Source of the DNA: a virus | Reading direction: 5' to 3' (one strand) | IMG/VR virus record: IMGVR_UViG_3300045988_108826 | Length of the DNA stretch: 64,000 bases | Position numbers and translations under genes: made by a program | Part shown: positions 8,515 to 16,551 of the stretch, in pieces | Layout of the letters: each line of letters opens with the position of its first letter | How positions within the stretch are numbered: position 1 is the first letter of the stretch | The notes under the pieces: model-generated | What the model was told of the DNA's origin: nothing | Database searches by the model: none | What the model saw: only the letters and a program-made list of their open reading frames with translations

Positions 8515-9351
8515 TCAAAATTCAGGTTCGTTCTTCTTTTCTTCGGATGGCTGAATTACCTCGCCAGTTGATAAGTCAATCGTTTCTCCATTGTTTACTG
8601 ATATTTCTTCGTATTCAGCATCCATAGGTTCTTGAGCCTTTGTTTCTTCTTCACCTTTTACTTCTGAGTTAGTTGCCGCATAAGCCAAATCAGGGGTTGA
8701 GTTGATAATCATGTTGCAACCCGAATTGATTATCGTTTTCATTACCATTTTTTCATCGAATTGTTTTGCGGTAGTCTGTTCTCTGCTTGAAGATTTTGAC
8801 CAAGCGGTCAGAATCATGCGCTTACTCATTATATACAAATCTTGACCACCATCGGCAGTTGGTAGATACATATAAGCTCCAACAAATCCCTTATCCAAGT
8901 TTTCCAAGCATTGTGTATGTTTAACAAGTCTCTTGCAACCGTTTTTAGGGTCTATTTCGTAAATAAACTCATCACCTTCACGTATTACAACTGGGTGTGG
9001 GTCAAAGTTAGGGTAGATACGTTTAACTTGAAGCACTTTGCCAAAGTAAGATTCATGCAAGCATAGTTTATCTCCACGCACAATAAAATAACAAGTCTTG
9101 CGAGAAGCATCTAAACCTTTTACGCTCATCTCAAAGAGTGCAGAAGCAATACTATTCTGTGTACACGCTTCTAATGCAGGTTTGCCATTCTTGTCTTTCA
9201 AATCCTGCAATACAAGCATACTTGCTTTTATAGCGTTTACATATTGATAGTCAGCGGGCATTTTAAATCCTACCTCACACAGACTATTTACTCTTGCAAT
9301 AACACTGTCACCTACATTTGTTTTAACTGTTGCTACTTCTTTTGTTGCCAT
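8515..9351 (-). CDS. recT: RecT-family single-strand annealing protein
   Basis: The size, layout and sequence resemble RecT as I recall it. It lies next to nuclease, SSB and resolvase genes. Confidence 0.65.
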   Translation of the reverse strand: MATKEVATVKTNVGDSVIARVNSLCEVGFKMPADYQYVNAIKASMLVLQDLKDKNGKPALEACTQNSIASALFEMSVKGLDASRKTCYFIVRGDKLCLHESYFGKVLQVKRIYPNFDPHPVVIREGDEFIYEIDPKNGCKRLVKHTQCLENLDKGFVGAYMYLPTADGGQDLYIMSKRMILTAWSKSSSREQTTAKQFDEKMVMKTIINSGCNMIINSTPDLAYAATNSEVKGEEETKAQEPMDAEYEEISVNNGETIDLSTGEVIQPSEEKKNEPEF

Positions 9352-9356
9352 AATAC

Positions 9357-10139
9357 TTAATTATTTAATGATTGTTCTTTAAATTTCCAAATAAATCCTC
9401 CTGCATGATTTCTATCACCACGACAGCAAGCTGTTATCTTGTTGATGTTTGTTACTCTTTGAGCCTCCGATGCAGAATGATATTCTCTAATAAAATTACC
9501 ATTAATATCAAACTGAATAACAGGTTTACATAATCTCGTATGTCTCATTTTGTTAATAAGTTCATCCGATTGTTTGTTCCTTAAAAATCTTTCACGATAA
9601 GATTTATCACTCCAAAGTTTTTTCATTTTGTCAGAGTTCTTTTTTATATTCTCTTCTTTGGAATAATACTCCTTCATTATCTTGCTTATTTTACTTCTAA
9701 ATTCTTTTGTTGTATGAACTTTTCGAGATGATTCCCTTTTGTTTTCGATTGCCAACGGAAATGTATCATTCTCATAATGCGTGCATCTGCGGATATTCTC
9801 GACCCGATTGTCATGCCTAATGCCATTAATATGGTCAATAAAATCCTTTCCATCCTCTTTAGGAAGAAAAGATTCAGCCATAAGTCTATGCACTAAAAAT
9901 CTTTTTAGTTTCTTATCCTTGTGCAGATTTACACAAACGTAGCCACCTTGATTAAGGTTAGTTTTCATAATTTTCTCATGAGATGCGTACTGGTTATGAT
10001 TTCCTCCTTTATTTTTAGGCAAAGATTTCACCCTCCCAAGATTTGATACCATATAACTACCTTCGTAGCCTACTACATCTCTCCATTCCTCGTTAGGAAG
10101 GTTTTCTAAACTTAGATTTTTGTAAATTTCTGTTTCCAT
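9357..10139 (-). CDS. HNH homing endonuclease (NUMOD4 + HNH_3 + IENR1-like)
   Basis: Contains WRDVVGYEGSYMVSNLGRVKSL, IDHINGIRHDNRVENIRRCT, and the C-terminal EAQRVTNINKITACCRGDRNHAGGFIWKF. Confidence 0.85.
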   Translation of the reverse strand: METEIYKNLSLENLPNEEWRDVVGYEGSYMVSNLGRVKSLPKNKGGNHNQYASHEKIMKTNLNQGGYVCVNLHKDKKLKRFLVHRLMAESFLPKEDGKDFIDHINGIRHDNRVENIRRCTHYENDTFPLAIENKRESSRKVHTTKEFRSKISKIMKEYYSKEENIKKNSDKMKKLWSDKSYRERFLRNKQSDELINKMRHTRLCKPVIQFDINGNFIREYHSASEAQRVTNINKITACCRGDRNHAGGFIWKFKEQSLNN

Positions 10140-10177
10140 TTTGTTGGTAATATTAAGTTATGTTGGTAAATTGCGAA

Positions 10178-10235
10178 GTAGGGAAAGGCTACCAACATAC
10201 CCTTTTATCGGCTCATGACTTCCGACTATCCCTAC
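10178..10235 (-). promoter_or_regulatory. Y-shaped leader element, copy A
   Basis: Sense strand: GTAGGGA-TAGTCGG..CCGATAA-AAGG..CCTT-TCCCTAC. A TAACTTTG box lies at 10240-10247 (minus strand). Confidence 0.5.
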
Positions 10236-10255
10236 CCCACAAAGTTACAAAATAT

Positions 10256-10657
10256 TTAGATAATCTCCAACAGATTTGTCTGTTTAATCTCACGGAGAGT
10301 TAAGTCCTCCATACCTTGCTTGATGTATTCCTGCATCTTCTTGTTGGCTTCGTTCATGTCGGCAGCAAACAAGGCTACTACCCATGACTTTTCTTTTTCC
10401 TTACCTTTCTCGTCTACATAAGTAGAGATAAGTTTCGCCTTGAAAATAGGAGTATCTTCCTTCTTTTCGTTTACTACTTCAATAACAGAAGAGCGTTTCA
10501 TTGCTACGATATCCGCTTCACTATTATACAATTCCAGCCCACGTTGTTCGACTTCGCTCCACAATTCAGCATTTTCTACCAAGAAGCTTTCTTTTACTTC
10601 CTTGTCCTTGCCTTTGTTATCTTGTTTTGTTACTTTAAGAGTTACTTCGTAATACAT
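10256..10657 (-). CDS. DUF4494-like protein
   Basis: MYYEVTLKVTKQDNKGKDKEVKESFLVENA... resembles the DUF4494 N-terminal pattern as I recall it. Confidence 0.5.
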   Translation of the reverse strand: MYYEVTLKVTKQDNKGKDKEVKESFLVENAELWSEVEQRGLELYNSEADIVAMKRSSVIEVVNEKKEDTPIFKAKLISTYVDEKGKEKEKSWVVALFAADMNEANKKMQEYIKQGMEDLTLREIKQTNLLEII

Positions 10658-10659
10658 AA

Positions 10660-11016
10660 CTATTCCTCCTTATTATCTTCTTCGTTTAACATATATTCGT
10701 CTACAAACTTATCCAATGCCTGAATACATTTGTCGGGTAATTGCTTAGCCGTTTCGTTTGACTTGATGTAGTCAATAGTGCCGCCTACGCCCCAAATCAT
10801 AAATGCATCCTTTGTGCTTGGGGTTAATACAAGTGCTATCATTAAAAACAGACTTACAAAAATGCTAATTACAAAATGTTTAGCTTTTCCGTTTTTAATC
10901 TCTTTATCAACCCATCTTATAAAGCATACAATAACTGCAATAATAGATAGAGCTGAAAGCACAAAAAGAAGTGCTTGTATTGCATCAAGTCTTGTTATCC
11001 AATAAATTTCATTCAT
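10660..11016 (-). CDS. Membrane protein (2 TM segments)
   Basis: Contains two long hydrophobic segments. Confidence 0.7.
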   Translation of the reverse strand: MNEIYWITRLDAIQALLFVLSALSIIAVIVCFIRWVDKEIKNGKAKHFVISIFVSLFLMIALVLTPSTKDAFMIWGVGGTIDYIKSNETAKQLPDKCIQALDKFVDEYMLNEEDNKEE

Positions 11017-11059
11017 AGTTATTTGGCACTAACGTAGCTTCCCACTATTAAGTTATTAC

Positions 11060-11569
11060 TTATTTACTTCTCCCAACTTTCACCGCTTTAATGCGAGGTC
11101 TTTTAGGCTTCTCATATTTTATAAACTTAATTTTGCTGAAACCTTTCATCGGCTTCTGATTCGCTTTAAGCAATACGTTCTGCAACTTTGTAATTACAAA
11201 TTCTTCGCTATCTGTCGAACGGATAAACATCGGATAGAAGTTTTCTTTCATTGACTTAAAGAAAAGATTAGCCTTTGAAACTTCTACTTCATCATTCATG
11301 TCTACTTGACGGATAACCACGTTTGCATCAGGAATAAAGATGTCGGTTGTGATTCTGTGTCTTTGTTTCTTTCCGTGAATAATTTCACAAAGAGTAAACG
11401 GCAATCCCCATTTCTGCAATGTTTCAATTACTGTGTGTGTCTTTTCGTTGAACTTAGCCATGCGTTGAATACGTTTCATCTTATAGGCTTCGTTCTTTGT
11501 TTCTTCAAAGTTTCCTACGTTCTTGTCTTGTGCGTACACAAGTTCTTTTAATTCATTCGGTTCTAACAT
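11060..11569 (-). CDS. Hypothetical protein with a basic C-terminus
   Basis: A 169-aa ORF. Confidence 0.7.
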   Translation of the reverse strand: MLEPNELKELVYAQDKNVGNFEETKNEAYKMKRIQRMAKFNEKTHTVIETLQKWGLPFTLCEIIHGKKQRHRITTDIFIPDANVVIRQVDMNDEVEVSKANLFFKSMKENFYPMFIRSTDSEEFVITKLQNVLLKANQKPMKGFSKIKFIKYEKPKRPRIKAVKVGRSK

Positions 11570-11573
11570 AATC

Positions 11574-12143
11574 TTATTTATTTACGATGTTATATTTCAG
11601 TGACTCTTCAATGTTGTTGGGGTTGAATTTATCCCACGGTATAATACAATTCCAATCAACTTTTCTCGTTTCGTTATGCGATTTCCCTAAATTCCACCAA
11701 GTCTGACCTTTACCTGCATAAAACCTAACAAACCAAGCTAATTGCCCTTGCATAGAACCACTACACATACACGGAGTATCAATCGGCAAATCTTCTTCAA
11801 CTTTCAATGGTTCGATAATCAGTTTTCCTTCATTTTCGCTTATAGATACGCCCAAATTATGCGTTTTAATCACTTCGGCTATATCTTTTATCAGTTCGGT
11901 AGAAATAAGCGGTTTTTCGTCAGATACTAAAACTTCGATAAAATCTTCAAGAAGCCAATGACCATTTGCAAAATAAGTTCCATCTGTATCTGTACATGTA
12001 ATCTGATAGACTTTCCCGCACATTTCAGACATTTCAGCAGTAAATGTGCAGCACGGAAAATCTACATCACCGTATTTATTTTTATTGGAATCATACCACT
12101 CTCTCGACTTAATACGAACCTTATCTCCTACTTTGTATTTCAT
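11574..12143 (-). CDS. Hypothetical protein
   Basis: A 189-aa ORF. Confidence 0.7.
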   Translation of the reverse strand: MKYKVGDKVRIKSREWYDSNKNKYGDVDFPCCTFTAEMSEMCGKVYQITCTDTDGTYFANGHWLLEDFIEVLVSDEKPLISTELIKDIAEVIKTHNLGVSISENEGKLIIEPLKVEEDLPIDTPCMCSGSMQGQLAWFVRFYAGKGQTWWNLGKSHNETRKVDWNCIIPWDKFNPNNIEESLKYNIVNK

Positions 12144-12167
12144 AAGTTATTGATTTTTAGTTATTTA

Positions 12168-12557
12168 TCAAAAAGGAAGTTCGCTTGATATTCCATTGTC
12201 TTGTGCTACTGCTTCACTCGCTTTAGGCACATCACCACTACTTTGTGCAGCTACTTGCGTCTGACCTCCTCCCGAACGCTTGAATACAGACCAAGCACGG
12301 ATAGTATTGTACCAACGTCCTTTAAACTCACGAGCATCGAAGTTATACATAATATCCACCTCGTCATTCATCTGAATGTTGAATTGTTGGATTTTCTCCG
12401 TACCGAAAACTTCAAAGCATACTTTCTGAGGATATGAATCATGTGTTTCAAGCACATATTCCTGAGAAGCCCAAGTGCCTTTCTGTGAAGTTCCCGTTTT
12501 CATTTGCATTACTGCGATGATTCTACCGCTAATTTTCTGTTTGTTTTCTTCTGCCAT
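12168..12557 (-). CDS. DUF3127-type OB-fold ssDNA-binding-like protein
   Basis: Contains ISGRIIAV...QEYVLET...YPQKVCFEVFG...GRWYNTIRAW, with a C-terminal SSELPF tip like an SSB tail. Confidence 0.65.
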   Translation of the reverse strand: MAEENKQKISGRIIAVMQMKTGTSQKGTWASQEYVLETHDSYPQKVCFEVFGTEKIQQFNIQMNDEVDIMYNFDAREFKGRWYNTIRAWSVFKRSGGGQTQVAAQSSGDVPKASEAVAQDNGISSELPF

Positions 12558-12591
12558 ATCTATATGTTTTTAATGGTTTGTTTTCTTGTTA

Positions 12592-12622
12592 CAAAGATAG
12601 CAAATTGGTTTGAAGTTTCAAA
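12592..12622 (-). promoter_or_regulatory. Bacteroides-type promoter for the SSB-like gene
   Basis: On the minus strand, TATCTTTG (12599-12592) and TTTG (12622-12619) are separated by a 19-nt spacer. Confidence 0.5.
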
Positions 12623-12626
12623 GTAT

Positions 12627-12935
12627 TTACTTCCAAAATTCGTACCATTTTTTGCTTTTATATTTTGATAGTTCAGATTCCATTTTAGATATTGTATCTT
12701 TTAAGTTTTGTATCACCTCTTTTGCTTCCGATAATTTTTCTTCACAATCGTTGTACCTATTAGTCCAATATATCGTATTGTTAATAGATGCGTTTCTTGA
12801 TGATTGTAATTCTTCAATTTCCTCTTTTGTATATCCGTATAGTTCTACAAAACATTTGTTTGAATTTTGTATTAATTGGTTATACTCCGAAAGCGGCATC
12901 GTGACCGTCTTAGTGTCTTGTTCCATAACTTCCAA
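12627..12935 (-). CDS. Coiled-coil hypothetical protein (tracked start is TTG; an ATG lies at 12926)
   Basis: A 102-aa ORF. Confidence 0.65.
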   Translation of the reverse strand: MEVMEQDTKTVTMPLSEYNQLIQNSNKCFVELYGYTKEEIEELQSSRNASINNTIYWTNRYNDCEEKLSEAKEVIQNLKDTISKMESELSKYKSKKWYEFWK

Positions 12936-13000
12936 TAACTTTAATCAGTAACTCAATGTTTCTTTCAATTCTCTCGCAAACGATGTCTATTTCCGTCATA

Positions 13001-13207
13001 TCACCAATCCGTACTTAATGCTAACTTGATTGTTTCTTCGCCTAAGATTTCTATGGCTTGCTGAGCTAAATACAATGTCTTAAAATGAACCACTTCGGCA
13101 GCTTTAAACGTATATTCGTCTGTGCAATCATCTGCCTTTCGTCTGATTCCCTGCTATCGCACGCCCTCTTGGAATTTCACCAAGTCTTTCATTGCAGGGT
13201 TATTCAT
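13001..13207 (-). pseudogene. Small ORF interrupted by one in-frame TAG
   Basis: MNNPAMKDLVKFQEGVR-TAG(13154-13156)-QGIRRKADDCTDEYTFKAAEVVHFKTLYLAQQAIEILGEETIKLALSTDW. Confidence 0.3.
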
Positions 13208-13261
13208 CCAACCGAAACGTAACTTCTCCGATAAGGTTTGGATATATTGTTTTGTTAAGGT

Positions 13262-13307
13262 ACAAAAACAAGAAAACCGTAATCAGATTTTGATTATCTG
13301 ACTACGG
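13262..13307 (-). terminator. Strong intrinsic terminator
   Basis: On the minus strand, an 11-bp stem CCGTAGTCAGA/TCTGATTACGG is followed by TTTTCTTGTTTTT. Confidence 0.65.
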
Positions 13308-14158
13308 CTCTCGTATTTGGTGCGCCTTGCAGATAACCTCGTTTCCGAGTTTGAGACGCTTATCTACAATCCTTAGCGCATATAAAAAGTTTTAATATGT
13401 CTACCTTATGCTTCAAATGCGTCTCAATTCATCTGAATACACTGCGAATATAATACATAAATTCCAAACATCCAAATTTATTAACTTTATTTAACTTTAT
13501 GGGAATTAATCACCAAATTGGCGACATTCCCGTAGGCAACATTGATTTGCTGTTTAAGCATCTTCTTACTGCCTTTTCAATTAAATAAAGAACTCTTTTC
13601 ATTGTTATTTGTTTTTGGTTAGTGCATCGGCAGGATTCGATACCTGCAACCGCTTCCGCACTTCTGCGCTGAAACCTTTTTTGTTTAATGTGTGGTTCGG
13701 CTACCACATTACAGTTTTTTTGCGTCTACTTCCGCCACAATGCAAGTTCCTCTCATCATCCACCACCGAGAGGGAGTGCCTACTAACGATTAGGATAAGC
13801 CAACTTTGTGCTTACGTGTTTCGTTCCGCTTTTATTACGTAATTATTATGCGGCTGTTGTAGCGGTATCGGCAGGGTTCACACCTGCATGATAGGAGTTT
13901 TAAGATTTATTATTAACATTGTTTACTCAACGTCTGTGATTAAATCACAATCTTTTTGAACTCGTGGGTGATTTGTCAAGCGTTAATTGTTCTTTTACGG
14001 CTACACCCTATTAAGCTATGCCATTGCCAACCTATCTATAAGAGCTACACTTTAGCGTCTATATTCCGCCACGATACCATTCTCAAATTCAAAAGCATCT
14101 ATTCTCACGAACCAATGCTTTCTAGTTGAAAATATGAGCTATTTTAAATTAAACTATG

Positions 14159-14189
14159 CAAATATACAAACTTATTTTATATCTGCAAA
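14159..14189 (-). promoter_or_regulatory. Bacteroides-type promoter reading into the non-coding locus
   Basis: On the minus strand, TATATTTG (14166-14159) and TTTG (14189-14186) are separated by a 19-nt spacer. Confidence 0.45.
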
Positions 14190-14462
14190 ATTTTCTATCA
14201 TTTTTTTACAAGTTTCTACTTTATCACGCAAATTCTTGTCGTATTTCAGGCGAAATTCCATATTTATAACATGATGTCTTATGTTGGAATGAACAAATCC
14301 GTAAATCTCGCCTAGCTTTATGTATTTCAGGTCTGTATATTGTCTTAAAAGATAAAACAGTGTAGCACGTGCTTCTATGTATTCCATCTTTTTAGTGTTC
14401 CTAAATAAGTCCTCTATTCCGAAAACTTTAGAAACTACATTTTCATAACATTTAAGTTTCAT
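14172..14462 (-). CDS. DnaA domain IV-like helix-turn-helix protein
   Basis: IEARATLFYLLRQYTDLKYIKLGEIYGFVHSNIRHHV parallels DnaA C-terminal ARQIAMYL..LT..SL..IG..FG..DHTTV. Confidence 0.55.
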   Translation of the reverse strand: MKLKCYENVVSKVFGIEDLFRNTKKMEYIEARATLFYLLRQYTDLKYIKLGEIYGFVHSNIRHHVINMEFRLKYDKNLRDKVETCKKMIENFADIK

Positions 14463-14465
14463 ATC

Positions 14466-14849
14466 CTATTCCTCCACACTTAATGCTTCGTCAATACTAT
14501 CTTCTGTCTTAGGCTTGTTGCCCCACCTTCTCTTATAGTTAGACCACGGAAACATGTGACCGATAAACTTTACCTGCTCATAGAATCCGGCTTCCTTTAT
14601 TTTCAGATACTCGTGCTTCACCAACGGATTGAAGCAAAGCGAAAGGTAATGCGTTATATTCTGCGGATTCGGTCGTCTTGGTGTCACATACATTTCCATC
14701 AGCAAGTGTCCTTTGCTTGTAAAGTGCATACCGTTTTCTTTTATCGGTATGCTGATACATTCTACGGTTTCTCCGTTGAAAACCCTTTCGTGAACTTCTG
14801 CACCAATCAGTCGTTCTACTTCCAATACTTGTTTATACTGCTGCGGCAT
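14466..14849 (-). CDS. Hypothetical protein
   Basis: A 127-aa ORF. Confidence 0.7.
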   Translation of the reverse strand: MPQQYKQVLEVERLIGAEVHERVFNGETVECISIPIKENGMHFTSKGHLLMEMYVTPRRPNPQNITHYLSLCFNPLVKHEYLKIKEAGFYEQVKFIGHMFPWSNYKRRWGNKPKTEDSIDEALSVEE

Positions 14850-14851
14850 AG

Positions 14852-15295
14852 CTATTCCTCCTTGTTCGTTTTAATATATCCGTTTTCTATGCACCAACAA
14901 AGCATTTCGTAGGCTGCGTCAATAAGGCTTTCATTTTCCCTAATTACATATATACTATCCTCTATTAACCTATATTGTACAAACCAATACGATTTATCCC
15001 TTTCGCTTACACCAAATTCAAGCCAGTATTCATTAATCTCATCAGTGGTTTCTACCTTTATTGTGCTTGGCAGTAAATCCAAAATATCCTGCAAAGTAAA
15101 TGCACCAAATTTTCCCCTTATGTATGGATTATGCTGCCCTACATCTTCCTCGTGAATATCTTTATTAACAACATCCCAATCAACTATATCACCATAACTA
15201 TTTCTATACACAAGAGCTATACTTGCCTTACTTGTATCAACACCCAACTTCCTCAGGTGCTGCATCTGTGAAATATTTAAACATTGCTTGCTCAT
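14852..15295 (-). CDS. Hypothetical protein
   Basis: A 147-aa ORF. Confidence 0.7.
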   Translation of the reverse strand: MSKQCLNISQMQHLRKLGVDTSKASIALVYRNSYGDIVDWDVVNKDIHEEDVGQHNPYIRGKFGAFTLQDILDLLPSTIKVETTDEINEYWLEFGVSERDKSYWFVQYRLIEDSIYVIRENESLIDAAYEMLCWCIENGYIKTNKEE

Positions 15296-15301
15296 AACTT
15301 T

Positions 15302-16414
15302 TTAATTTTTAAGTTTTCTGTTTAATATTTTATCTATTTCATCTATCTGGTCGTACTTAATTTCTATCAGTTTTATTTTATGTTCTTTACAATATTGACG
15401 CAGCCTTTTGTCTCTATCTACTTGAATAGCAAAATCATCTTCAGTACGATGAAAGAAAGGTATTTTTTTATAGTGTTGCACTCCGTTAAATTCTATAATA
15501 ACATTTAGTCGTGGCAAATAAAAATCAGCCTTAATATTATTCCTCGAAAACATTTGTGGGTCAATATTTATGCTATATTGTCTTATATATTCTATTCCCT
15601 TTAAAGTAAGAAAATATTCTATTTTATTCTCTCCCAATGATGTCTTACATTTCGGACACCCCTGTCCATTCAGATGATTATTTGGTGACTGCCAAAACTC
15701 GTCATGCTCAGGACACACTATGCATACTTTCTTTTTTGCACTTATATATTCCACTCTGGTGTAATCATATTTGCATCCGTGTATTAATTTTGACATTTCA
15801 ATAAAATATTCTGTATTTTTAGTTTGTTTTTCTGCCATTGATTTAAATCCGCAAATAGGACAACCTTTCCCTTGTAAGTGATTGTCAGGAGTTTGCCAAA
15901 ATTCGCCATGTATTGGACATAAAATACAAACTTTTGTATTCATGTCTTTGTACTTCACTTTATCATAGATATATTTATCACCATGAACTTTAACTGCTCG
16001 TGCTATGAAAATTTCAGTGGTTATCTTAATTTTACCCTTACAGGCAGGACATTCTTGACCACTTAAATGGTTGCTTGGTGCTTGCCAGAACTCTCCGTGT
16101 ATCGGGCATATTATACAAACTTTAGTTTTATTATCCTTATAATCAACTTTACTATAATCGTATTTCCCATTGTGGATTTTTCTTGCACATTCTATAAATG
16201 ATGTTGTATCTTTTTTTATTTTTCCACCACAATGTGGACATCCACTCCCTCTTAAATGATTAATAGGAGTCTGCCAAAAACTACCATGTTCTTTACATAT
16301 AATTTCAACCTTTGTCGTGCATTTTTCATACACAACTTTAGTATAATCATACCTATCCCCGTGAACTTCTTTTGCTCTCGCAATAAATTCTTCTGTTGTT
16401 AATCTTTTACTCAT
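15302..16414 (-). CDS. Free-standing homing-endonuclease-like protein: 4 Zn-ribbon repeats plus a Vsr/DUF559-like PD-(D/E)xK domain
   Basis: The repeat HGxKYDYxKVxYxxxxxKVxIxCxxHGxFWQxPxxHLxGxGCPxC occurs four times. It is followed by ADFYLPRLNVIIEFNGVQHY. Confidence 0.75.
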   Translation of the reverse strand: MSKRLTTEEFIARAKEVHGDRYDYTKVVYEKCTTKVEIICKEHGSFWQTPINHLRGSGCPHCGGKIKKDTTSFIECARKIHNGKYDYSKVDYKDNKTKVCIICPIHGEFWQAPSNHLSGQECPACKGKIKITTEIFIARAVKVHGDKYIYDKVKYKDMNTKVCILCPIHGEFWQTPDNHLQGKGCPICGFKSMAEKQTKNTEYFIEMSKLIHGCKYDYTRVEYISAKKKVCIVCPEHDEFWQSPNNHLNGQGCPKCKTSLGENKIEYFLTLKGIEYIRQYSINIDPQMFSRNNIKADFYLPRLNVIIEFNGVQHYKKIPFFHRTEDDFAIQVDRDKRLRQYCKEHKIKLIEIKYDQIDEIDKILNRKLKN

Positions 16415-16450
16415 TTTGCTAACTAATTAAATAATGCTAACGAAAGTAAC

Positions 16451-16512
16451 AATAGGGAAGAGCCGTTAGCTTAACCCTTGTCGTTAGGACATGACCCCTA
16501 ACTATCCCTATT
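16451..16512 (-). promoter_or_regulatory. Y-shaped leader element, copy B
   Basis: Sense strand: AATAGGGA-TAGTTAGG..CCTAACGA-AAGGG..CTCT-TCCCTATT. TAnnTTTG-type boxes lie at 16528-16535 and 16547-16554 (minus strand). Confidence 0.5.
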
Positions 16513-16551
16513 ATTTCGTAAAGTTAGCAAAAATAATTCAATTATGCAAAT

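Larger units (their letters stand above)
12950..14171. other. Gene-poor, GC-enriched, hairpin- and repeat-rich locus
   Basis: No intact ORF of 60 aa or more starts with ATG here. On the minus strand the locus is bounded by a promoter (14159-14189) and a strong terminator (13262-13307). Confidence 0.6.

Noticed and set aside
10178-10235. The Y-shaped elements as hammerhead (or another small self-cleaving) ribozyme, given the three-way junction.
   Set aside because: The CUGAUGA / GAA hammerhead core is absent, and I could not match any other ribozyme core that I know.
13154-13156. In-frame TAG here, and in-frame TAA at 58781-58783, as evidence for stop-codon reassignment.
   Set aside because: Ordinary genes in the window terminate with TAA, TAG and TGA. 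The only tRNA is Cys(GCA), not a suppressor. The other broken genes need frameshifts rather than read-through.
13510-13707. A 65-aa minus-strand ORF inside the non-coding locus.
   Set aside because: It has a non-ATG start and runs across the hairpin and repeat elements. Only the last 30 codons (MKRVLYLIEKAV...) follow an ATG, which is too weak to call.
13626-13888. Hairpins GCAGG-ATTCGATA-CCTGC and GCAGG-GTTCACA-CCTGC look like tRNA T-arms.
   Set aside because: On neither strand is there a 7-bp acceptor partner, D-arm or anticodon arm at the right spacing. One loop is 8 nt, and position 54 is not T. They are reported as repeats, not as tRNA genes.
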